Shown here: positions 9,066-17,109 of the stretch, piece after piece | Layout: each line of letters begins with the position of its first letter | How positions within the stretch are numbered: position 1 is the first letter of the stretch | Assembly (NCBI GenBank): GCA_963764165.1 | Contig: CAVXRD010000003.1 | Coordinates: forward strand, 725,858 to 789,857 | Reading direction: 5' to 3' | DNA: 64,000 nt | Source of the DNA: an uncultured Verrucomicrobiae bacterium | Lineage (GTDB): Bacteria > Verrucomicrobiota > Verrucomicrobiia > Limisphaerales > Palsa-1400 | Program-made: the position numbers and the translations under genes | Notes under the pieces: generated by a model | Seen by the model: only the letters and a program-made list of their open reading frames with translations | Told to the model about the DNA's origin: nothing | The model's database searches: none

Positions 9066-12000
9066 TTAAACACCCGCTTTGACCACGCGGGCGCGGCGAT
9101 TTGTGATTGTGGGACGCGGCGTCGAAGCCGCTTTCGCACCCTGCATCAATCCCGCCAGCGATGCCACGGTGGGATTCTCGAAAATCGCACGCAACGGCAG
9201 ATCCAAGCCGAACCGGCGATTAATCCGGGCGAACGCCCGCGTGGCCGAAAGGGAGTCCGCGCCCAATTCAAAGAAATCGTCCTCGATGCTGATTTGGCGG
9301 AGAGTAAGAACTTCCTCCCAAACTTCCACCAGCGCCTTTTCCTGTTCGTTGCGCGGGCCGACGTAATTTCGCGGTGAAGCGCTCGTTTCCTCGGGTGTGG
9401 GAAGTCGGTTCACATCGATTTTGCCATTCGGTGTGAGCGGAAATTCCTTCAACGCGACGAAGTGCGCGGGAACCATGTAGCCAGGCAGTTTCGCGCGGAG
9501 GAATTCACGCAATTCCGCCGATTCCGGCGCGCCGTTGCGTGTCGTAAGGTAAGCCACTAACCGCTTCTCACCGGCGCCGATTTCGCGGGCGGTGACGACG
9601 GCATTGGTGATCTCCTCGTGCTGGCGGAGGATCGTTTCGATTTCGCCCAGTTCGATGCGGAACCCGCGAATTTTCACCTGTTGATCGGCGCGGCCAAGGC
9701 ACTCGACAGTGCCATCCGGCAGATAACGCGCGAGGTCGCCCGTTTTGTAAATGCGGCTCTTGCCATCGTTGCGGAACGGATCAGCGATGAATTTATCAGC
9801 CGTCAATTCAGGCCGGCCAAGATAACCGCGCGCAAGGCCGTCGCCACCGATGTGCAATTCGCCCGCCACGCCGACAGGTACGGGTTGGAGTTGATGATCG
9901 AGAATGTACAACTGCGTGTTGGCAAGCGGACGGCCGATCAAAATCGGGCTCTTCGGCTCTACTTTCCAAGCTGTCGACCAGATCGTCGTTTCCGTCGGGC
10001 CGTAGAAATTCCATAAGCCCGCGACTTTTCCGGCGAGGCCGTCCGCCAGGGTGCGGGTGAGGGCCTCGCCGCCGCAGAGGACGCGAAGATCGCGTTTGCC
10101 AGCCCAACCGGATTCAATCAACAAGCGCCATGTTGTGGGTGTTGCCTGCATGACGGTGGCTTCGGAGGATTCGATCAACTCGGCCAGGCGAGGCCCGTCA
10201 GCCGTGACGGATTGCGGGGCCAGTGTCAATTGCGCGCCTGAAATCAGCGGAAGGAAAATTTCAAGACCCGCAATGTCAAACGAAAGCGTGGTCACGCTGA
10301 GTAACTTGTCCGTTGCCTTGAAGCCGATGGTTTTGCCAGCCGAGAGGAGTAGATTCACCACCGCTTGATGACCCACTTGCACGCCTTTGGGCCTGCCAGT
10401 GGAACCGGAGGTATAAATTACGTAAGCAAGGCCGTCGGACTTCGAGGTCGAGGTGACGTTTTCGTCGGCGCGCCCGTAATCGAGCGAATCAACGGAAATC
10501 ACGTCGCCATCCAAAATCGGAACTGATTGCAAGGCACTGTTCTCGGTGACGAGAACCGTCACCTTCGCATCGTCGAGCATGAAGGAGAGGCGGTCGCGGG
10601 GGAATGCAGGGTCAAGCGGTACGTAAGCCGCGCCAGCTTTCAGAATTCCCAGCAATCCGGCCACCATGTTCACGGAACGGTCGACACAAATGCCCACCAA
10701 CGTGCCCGGGCCGACTTCCAGGCTCTTCAGTTTTGCGGCGACGTCGTAGGCGCGGCGGTTGAGATCGCGATACGTCAACTTTTCCCCACCCGCCACGACA
10801 GCGATTTGCGCAGGCACTTCGGCGGCTTTGCGCTCGAACAAACTGTGAATCGTCTCGGTTTGCGGATAGGACTCCTCGGTTTTGTTCCATTCCACCGTCA
10901 ACCGTTCCCGCTCAGCCGCAGGCATTGGCGAGAAGGTTTCGTAGCGGGCATTTGGATCCTGCGCCATCGCGCGAATAGTGCTGCCATAATAGGCTGACAT
11001 TTCCTCAATTTGGCGGCGGCAAATTCGGTTCGGATCGTAATCAATGTGGTATTCCAATTTCGTTCCCGTCGTGTCGAGAATGAACGACGTGAAGGCCGGG
11101 AGATCGTTCGCTTCAAAATAATAGCCGTCGCGCAAATCAATCCCGCCTTGGAGATCGTTGTAGACGTGGAATTGCACGAAATCGAAGGCGGATTCGAACA
11201 CGGGACGCCCGCCGTTCAGTTTCGTGACTTCCGCCAGCGGGAACCTGCGATAGGGGGCGATTTCGCGCTCCGCGGCAAAGCATTGCTTCACCAATTCGAT
11301 CCACGTCCCGCCTTTGAGTGAGAAGCGCAGCGGCAGCGTGTTCAGGAACAGGCCGATCACTTTTTCGCCATCGACGACTTCCGGGCGGCCGTTGCACAGG
11401 AGGCCGCTCATGACTTCGTTCTGTCCGTAAATGAGGCTCACCACGCGTTGATGCGCGGCGAGCAAAACTGTCTTGAGCGGCACGCCGGCACGGCGGGCCA
11501 GCTCTTTCAAGCCTTGCAGAACTTCAGCGTCAACAAACGTTTCCGGGCCGCGCTTTTGTTCGAGCCCGCCTTCGCACATGGATTTCGGCCAGCGCGGCAT
11601 CGTTTGCAGATTCGCGCCCGCCAGTTTTCCGGTCCAAAATGCGCGCGTCTCGGCATCGGCGATCGTCTTCGCTTCGAGCGCGGCAAAATCGCGATAGGTG
11701 GTCTCCGGCGGCGCAATAACTTTGCCACCGCCGCTTCGCAGCGCCGCGTAGTCCTCCATGATTTCCGTCAAGACTGCGGCGAGGCTCCAGCCGTCCATGC
11801 AGGAATGATGGAAGCTGATGATGAACTGGAATGAATTTTCCGACAGCCGCTGCGCGTGAAATCGGATGAGCGGCGCCGTCGTCCGGTCAAATGGCATCCG
11901 CTTTTCGTTCTCAATCCAATCGACGACAGATTTCTCCTGCTTGTCCGGCGCGAGGTCGCGCAGATCGTCCACCGTCAGGCGGAATCGCGCCTGGCGGTGC

Positions 12001-14078
12001 ACCAATTGCAGCGGCTCGCTGTAACCAGCGATGTGGAATGAAGTCCGCAAAATAGGATGACGCTGAATCAGGAGGCTGATGGCGTCGTTCAACTTCTCCT
12101 GATCGAACGGGGCGTCGATGTGATAGCTGAAAACGTCGTGGTAAACAGCAGACTTGGGATTCAGTTCGTTGTGGAAGAACATGCCCAATTGCAACCGCGC
12201 CACAGGATACGCATCTTCCACGTCATCGGGCAGGCGCTTGCGGTCTTCCGCCGAGACGAGGTCGAACGGGCGGCTTCGCGGCGCTTGGCCTGCTTGACTC
12301 GACGCCGTGGCGCAGGCGGCCATGCCAGCGACGGTCGGGTGTTGAAACATTTGCTGCAACGAGAGCGTCAGCCCCTGCCCTTGTGCGCGCGACAAAACAG
12401 AGATGCTGCGAATCGAATCGCCGCCCAGTTCAAAGAAATTGTCAAATACACCCACTTGCCCGACACCGAGCACTTCGCTCCAAATGGCGGCAAGTTTGGA
12501 TTCAGTTTCGTTTCGCGGAGCGGTGAATTCTTTTTCAAGGTCGGGGCGCGCGTCGTCCGGAGCCGGGAGGGCGCGGCGGTCCACCTTGCCGTTGGTGTTC
12601 AGAGGCAGAGACTCCAGCACGATGAATCGCGCCGGGATCATGTAATTGGGAACGCTTTTGCCGAGATGCTCGCGCATTTCCGTCACCGAAGGCGCGGCTG
12701 ACTTGGGCACAATGTAGGCGATGAGGCGCTTGTCGCCTTCGTCGCCGTCGCGGGCCAGCACGACGCTTTCGCGGATGGCCGGATGGCGGTTGAGGGCCGA
12801 TTCGATTTCCCCAAGCTCCACTCGGAAGCCGCGAATTTTCACCTGGTGATCCATGCGGCCGAGGTATTCCATCTCGCCGGATTCGGCGATGCAGGCCAGA
12901 TCGCCGCTGCGATACATGCGCGCGCCCGGGACGTTTGAAAACGTGTCTGGCAGGAAGCGCTTGGCCGTGAGGTCGTCGCGTTTGAGGTAGCCACGAGCCA
13001 CGCCGTCGCCGCCGACCACAATTTCTCCGACAACGCCTTTCGGAACTGGCTTGAGGTTTTCGTCGACGAGATAAATCTGAAGGTCTGGAATCGGAACGCC
13101 GATAACGCTGCCATTGCCATTCGTCAGGTCGATTTGACGAATCGGACGGTAGGTTGAGTGGACGGTGGTTTCCGTGATGCCGTACATGTTGACGACAGTC
13201 GGACGTTGATCGCCGTGACGTTCAAACCACGGCTTCAAGCTCTGCAATTCGAGGGCTTCACCCGCGCAAATGACATAGCGCAGGTTCAAATCCAATTTCT
13301 TCTCCGCAATCGTCTCCGCCCAGATGACCTGGCGGAAGGCCGACGGCGTCTGATTCAGGACGGTCACTTTTTCGCGGGCAAGGAGTTCGTAAAACTCAGA
13401 AGGAGAACGGCTTACGAGATAAGGCACAATCAGCAAGCGAGCGCCGTTCAACAGCGAAGCCCACAATTCCCACACCGAAACGTCAAACGCATACGAGTGG
13501 AACAGCGGGAAGACATCCGTCGGATTAAATTGATACCAATGCGCCGTCTGGGTCAGCAGGCGAATCACGTTGTGATGCGTGACGATCACACCCTTCGGTT
13601 TGCCCGTGGAACCGGAGGTATATATAATATAGGCGGCGTTGTCGCCCTTTACGCCGCTTTCCACGCTCGCGGTTGATTCCTGGGCGATGACGGGCCAATC
13701 CGCATCCACCCGCAAAATCCGAGCGGATCCAGCCGGCAATGCCGCCGCGATCTTCTCCTGTGTAATAACGACCGGCGCTTCCGCGTCTTCCAGCATGAAA
13801 GTGAGGCGGTCTTTCGGGTAGGTGAGGTCGATGGGGACATAGCAGCCACCCGCCTTCAGCACGCCCAGAATCGTTACCACCATCTCGAGAGAGCGGTCAA
13901 GATACAGGGCCACAGGCACTTCCGGCTTGACGCCCATTTTCCGCAAATGCGCCGCGAGCTGGTTGGAGCGCTCATCGAGTTCCTTGTAAGTCAGAGATTT
14001 TTCGCCCAGATTAATGGCGATGGTGTTGGCGTGTTGGCGCGCGCTTTCCTCAAAGGCTTCGTGGAGAACGTTTTTCAT
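9066..14078 (-). CDS. NRPS1, A-T-C-A-T (A1 Thr/Ser-like DVWNIAMVHK; A2 Gly-like DILQLGFIWK)
   Basis: Two YTSGSTG.PKG motifs, T motifs GGDSI and GADSL, C motif FHHSCMDGWS. Likely start is the ATG of MKNVLHEAF at 14078. Confidence 0.96.
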   Translation of the reverse strand: MKNVLHEAFEESARQHANTIAINLGEKSLTYKELDERSNQLAAHLRKMGVKPEVPVALYLDRSLEMVVTILGVLKAGGCYVPIDLTYPKDRLTFMLEDAEAPVVITQEKIAAALPAGSARILRVDADWPVIAQESTASVESGVKGDNAAYIIYTSGSTGKPKGVIVTHHNVIRLLTQTAHWYQFNPTDVFPLFHSYAFDVSVWELWASLLNGARLLIVPYLVSRSPSEFYELLAREKVTVLNQTPSAFRQVIWAETIAEKKLDLNLRYVICAGEALELQSLKPWFERHGDQRPTVVNMYGITETTVHSTYRPIRQIDLTNGNGSVIGVPIPDLQIYLVDENLKPVPKGVVGEIVVGGDGVARGYLKRDDLTAKRFLPDTFSNVPGARMYRSGDLACIAESGEMEYLGRMDHQVKIRGFRVELGEIESALNRHPAIRESVVLARDGDEGDKRLIAYIVPKSAAPSVTEMREHLGKSVPNYMIPARFIVLESLPLNTNGKVDRRALPAPDDARPDLEKEFTAPRNETESKLAAIWSEVLGVGQVGVFDNFFELGGDSIRSISVLSRAQGQGLTLSLQQMFQHPTVAGMAACATASSQAGQAPRSRPFDLVSAEDRKRLPDDVEDAYPVARLQLGMFFHNELNPKSAVYHDVFSYHIDAPFDQEKLNDAISLLIQRHPILRTSFHIAGYSEPLQLVHRQARFRLTVDDLRDLAPDKQEKSVVDWIENEKRMPFDRTTAPLIRFHAQRLSENSFQFIISFHHSCMDGWSLAAVLTEIMEDYAALRSGGGKVIAPPETTYRDFAALEAKTIADAETRAFWTGKLAGANLQTMPRWPKSMCEGGLEQKRGPETFVDAEVLQGLKELARRAGVPLKTVLLAAHQRVVSLIYGQNEVMSGLLCNGRPEVVDGEKVIGLFLNTLPLRFSLKGGTWIELVKQCFAAEREIAPYRRFPLAEVTKLNGGRPVFESAFDFVQFHVYNDLQGGIDLRDGYYFEANDLPAFTSFILDTTGTKLEYHIDYDPNRICRRQIEEMSAYYGSTIRAMAQDPNARYETFSPMPAAERERLTVEWNKTEESYPQTETIHSLFERKAAEVPAQIAVVAGGEKLTYRDLNRRAYDVAAKLKSLEVGPGTLVGICVDRSVNMVAGLLGILKAGAAYVPLDPAFPRDRLSFMLDDAKVTVLVTENSALQSVPILDGDVISVDSLDYGRADENVTSTSKSDGLAYVIYTSGSTGRPKGVQVGHQAVVNLLLSAGKTIGFKATDKLLSVTTLSFDIAGLEIFLPLISGAQLTLAPQSVTADGPRLAELIESSEATVMQATPTTWRLLIESGWAGKRDLRVLCGGEALTRTLADGLAGKVAGLWNFYGPTETTIWSTAWKVEPKSPILIGRPLANTQLYILDHQLQPVPVGVAGELHIGGDGLARGYLGRPELTADKFIADPFRNDGKSRIYKTGDLARYLPDGTVECLGRADQQVKIRGFRIELGEIETILRQHEEITNAVVTAREIGAGEKRLVAYLTTRNGAPESAELREFLRAKLPGYMVPAHFVALKEFPLTPNGKIDVNRLPTPEETSASPRNYVGPRNEQEKALVEVWEEVLTLRQISIEDDFFELGADSLSATRAFARINRRFGLDLPLRAIFENPTVASLAGLMQGAKAASTPRPTITNRRARVVKAGV

Positions 14079-14217
14079 ATTAGAAATCAATGCTCCGCCA
14101 GAATAAGGCATTGAAAAGTCGATCAAATAGGGACTTGAACCCAATTGGAATTGCCGAACGCCCGCATCCCGTTAGCTTTCCATTGCATCAAATGTGAAAC
14201 CCCTCTAATCATTGCCA

Positions 14218-14724
14218 ATGGGAACCGCCCCCCCTGAAGACTTGCCGCTGGCTGACGTTATGCGCAGCCAATGGGCTGGCCGCCGCAGGAATAATTGAAG
14301 ATTGGGCTTTGGGCGGCGCTCTGGCGGCAATTTATTTCGTCGAACCTTTCGCCACCTCCGACGCCGACATTTTTTATACCCGCGGATAAGGGCATGGCAG
14401 CGGGAAGACCTGCGATTTATGCGCATCTGCAGGCGGAAGGTTGGGAAGTGGACCGGGAGCACCTCAATTGTCCGCGGGTTTCCCGTGCAATTTCTCGCCG
14501 CCGATGGACTCACCGATGAAGCAGTGCGCGAAGCGGAGCATGTGGATTACGAAGGCGTGCCCGCCAAGATTTTTCGCGCCGAACACATCGTAGCCATTGC
14601 CGCGAGCGTTGGCCGCGCCAAGGATAAGGCGCGCATCGAGCAAATGCTTGCGCAAGCCGATATCAACCAATCCGAGTTGGAAAAGATACTGCATCGGCAT
14701 AAATTGAAAATCCCATTGTTATGA
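14218..14724 (+). pseudogene. Frameshifted nucleotidyltransferase-fold (DUF6036/AbiEii-like) gene
   Basis: Pieces in different frames join to WALGGALAAIYFVEPFATSDADIF / FIPADKG..EVDREHL / IVRGFPVQFL..VGRAKDKARIEQML; about 3 frameshifts. Confidence 0.65.
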
Positions 14725-14852
14725 AGCTGGCGTTACGAAAACAATTCGCGCGTGAACCATTCGTGGAAAAAATCCGCAAAGTGGCCCAGCTCGTGCGATT
14801 GGCAAAAACATTTCCCCGCCGCCCAGCCAAACCGCATCCAAGCGGCAGGTAA
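14721..14852 (+). CDS. 43-aa basic protein coupled to the nucleotidyltransferase
   Basis: ATGA overlap; MKLALRKQFAREPFVEKIRKVAQLVRLAKTFPRR. Confidence 0.5.
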   Translation: MKLALRKQFAREPFVEKIRKVAQLVRLAKTFPRRPAKPHPSGR

Positions 14853-14869
14853 ATGTCGCAAGCGCCACC

Positions 14870-15012
14870 GTCTGAAAATTGGGAGCCGTGCTGCGGAGAG
14901 GGATTTTGATTTTGCGCGAGGCGGAGCGGGCGGAGAATCCCAGTCCCGGCGTGCCGGGATACGCGCGCGACAACGAAGCCCAAAAGCAAAAGACCCGCCG
15001 CCCGGAGGTTTT
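14870..15012. repeat. Partial MITE-like intergenic repeat
   Basis: GTCTGAAAATT..CTGCGGAGAGGGATTTT..AAAAGACCCGCCGCCCGGAGG resembles a dispersed verrucomicrobial repeat (from memory); no credible ORF here. Confidence 0.4.
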
Positions 15013-15062
15013 TGAGGCAAGGGCCGGCTTGCCAAAACGAGGCGCGTTGGTAAGTTGTTCGA

Positions 15063-15296
15063 ATGAGCAAGATCGACATTCTCAACGAATTGCCAAAGCT
15101 TACCCCGACGGAGAGGCAGGAAGTTCGTTTGCGCCTTGCCGAATTGGATAATGTTGATTGGCTGGACGCAGAGGATCTTACTGAGGAGCAAAAGGCTTTG
15201 ATTGACGAGCGTTGCCGCGAGATGGATGCGAATCCTGAGACCAGCATCTCATGGGAAGATGCCCGAGCGCAACTATTGAGCGGCATTAAACGGTGA
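15063..15296 (+). CDS. Addiction-module antitoxin (TIGR02574-like)
   Basis: LTEEQKALIDER..ISWEDARA; overlaps the toxin start. Confidence 0.85.
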   Translation: MSKIDILNELPKLTPTERQEVRLRLAELDNVDWLDAEDLTEEQKALIDERCREMDANPETSISWEDARAQLLSGIKR

Positions 15297-15595
15297 GCTA
15301 TAGAGTGGAGATTCGGCCGCAGGCCTTGGCGGACATTGGCGAAACCGCTGCCTGGCACGAAAAGAGGAAAGAAGGTTTGGGATCCCGGTTTACGCAGGAA
15401 ATTGCCGCCGCGATTGATGGTTTAGCCGGAAACCCACTCGCTTTCCGGCTCCGGAATCGCCGATTGAATATTCGTTGGTGTTTCCCAAAAAGCTTTCCCT
15501 ATCGCATTGTATATCGCGTGAATCAAAATGCGGTGGCTGTCATCGGAATTATCCACGCGGCTCGCCATGACAGACATTGGCGTGATCGCATTTGA
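15293..15595 (+). CDS. RelE/ParE family toxin
   Basis: VEIRPQALADI..GLGSRF..FPYRIVYRV..VIGIIHAARH. Confidence 0.88.
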   Translation: MSYRVEIRPQALADIGETAAWHEKRKEGLGSRFTQEIAAAIDGLAGNPLAFRLRNRRLNIRWCFPKSFPYRIVYRVNQNAVAVIGIIHAARHDRHWRDRI

Positions 15596-15633
15596 CCTTT
15601 CCAGTAACGTCGGCGAAGGGAGCTTGAGGCTTT

Positions 15634-15939
15634 TCACGGCAGGGCATCGCTCGCCTGTGCGGGATAAATGTGCTGAAAATCGCGCCACTGGTGAACTGGC
15701 TGATCATCGACCATGACGTTCGGCTTTGGCAGGAAGCCGATGAAGCAATTTGTGATGTTTAATTCCTCAGCAGTGGCACGCGCGTAGTCGGCGCCGCCTG
15801 AACTCCAGAGATAAAGAACCGCCCCGGTTTCCTTTAACCGTCGCACCTGGGCAATGACAGCGGGCATTGGAATTCGTTTCCTACCGACTGAACGAACCAA
15901 AGTGTCATCCACATCCACAAATACGACGTGCGTTCTCAT
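15634..15939 (-). CDS. Small HAD-superfamily (DUF705-like) protein
   Basis: VFVDVDDTL motif I, LYLWSSGG, PKP..VDD. Confidence 0.8.
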   Translation of the reverse strand: MRTHVVFVDVDDTLVRSVGRKRIPMPAVIAQVRRLKETGAVLYLWSSGGADYARATAEELNITNCFIGFLPKPNVMVDDQPVHQWRDFQHIYPAQASDALP

Positions 15940-16072
15940 TTTGATGCCGTCATTATGCAACGATTCCGTGATTTTAGCATCTCCCAAATCCTCACAATAT
16001 CGGCTTATCGGCGTTGATTCCTGATGCCAGCCGTTTCAGAATCTGGATAGCGAATTTACGAACTACCGCCTT

Positions 16073-16396
16073 ATGACCGATGATGAATTTTGGCAATTGA
16101 ACTCGCGAATTGATGCGAAGGCGCTGGCGTGCAGAGACGACGATAGAGCGATTCGTCCAGTTGAAACGGCGCTTTGCGAAAAAACCGAGGCTGAACTTCT
16201 GGCGTTCGAGCACCTTTTGGCCAGCAAGCTTTACGCGCTTGATGGTGAAGTTTATGCCAAAAATTCGGGAAGAATTGGCTGCTCCGGCGATCCTTTCCTG
16301 TATGCCGTAGCGGGTGTAGCGGGTTTTTTGAGATTATATAATCTGGAACGCCCGAACTCAGGAAAGAGACTCAAGCGGGTTTCATGCGCATCGTAA
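16073..16396 (+). pseudogene. Truncated DUF4240-like gene
   Basis: MTDDEFWQL..KLYALDG..SGDPFLYA, then the frame runs into a repeat element at 16340. Confidence 0.55.
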
Positions 16397-16501
16397 GTCC
16401 GGATCCACCGTTAAAACATTCTTTCTTTCCTGTAATCCACCTCACTGCCATCGACCGAATAACTCCCTGGCCTCTTTTCCTGAGTTCGGTCGTTCCAGAT
16501 T
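16340..16501. repeat. Inverted-repeat element (AATCTGGAAC..TCAGGAA family)
   Basis: Arms 16340-16368 and 16472-16501 are near-perfect reverse complements; related copy at 58454-58588. Confidence 0.8.
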
Positions 16502-16885
16502 CAATTTTTCAATTTTCCCGTTAAAAATCGTGCTGAAAACACTCCGGTAGGTTTTTCATCCCGCGACACCCGTGCCAAAGTGCGCCGTGCCTATGCAAGG
16601 TCATGATGTTGCGGGAAGGGCGGCGCCCCATTGCGTGTTCATGCGCCGCAGTCTCGGCGCTCTGTCTTTGGAGCCATGGCGACGGACTTTTCACCCCCTT
16701 CCCCCGCGGGTTCTTCAATATTTTCAGTCGGAACAAATACGGCCAGCACGGCGGGGGCCGTTGCACGCTATTGCACCCTATTGCACCTTCCGTTTTTTTC
16801 ACTTTCCGCAGACGCCGGGATGCGCCCATCCCCTGCAAGAACCTGTCATAGGCGATCATTTTGGCGCGAAAACGGGCCGTCTTGA

Positions 16886-16951
16886 GAGGAAACCTGTCTT
16901 GCTGCCAGACAACTTGGAAGTCATTGCACTTTGGGTGGAGCCCGGTAGAGT
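16886..16951 (+). promoter_or_regulatory. TGTCT-N7-AGACA operator plus sigma70-like promoter (TTGCAC-16-TAGAGT)
   Basis: Conserved with the homologous block at 19421-19487 upstream of the paralog. Confidence 0.55.
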
Positions 16952-17109
16952 CGTTACCGGCTCAACGCAAAGAGGATGCGTAGCGAAAAACCAACGGGTG
17001 CGGGACTGTTTGGGTGCCCACCTGTGTCCGCGCGCGCCTGCATCCTGTAGGAAAATCAAACTGTTAGAAAACCAGATCAACCATGCATTGGCACTTCTCA
17101 AAAACCACT

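Noticed and set aside
102..13900. Long plus-strand ORFs (e.g. 2723-3922, 6832-8205)
   Set aside because: Antisense shadows of GC-rich NRPS genes with no recognisable motifs.
14126..14146. GGGTTCAAGTCCC T-loop-like hairpin in the NRPS1 leader (possible tRNA or att site)
   Set aside because: No acceptor, D or anticodon arms, and no integrase nearby. A regulatory role cannot be supported from one copy.
16562..16577. sigma54-like motif on the minus strand as an NRPS promoter
   Set aside because: It lies 2.5 kb from NRPS1 with no plausible adjacent downstream gene; may be chance.
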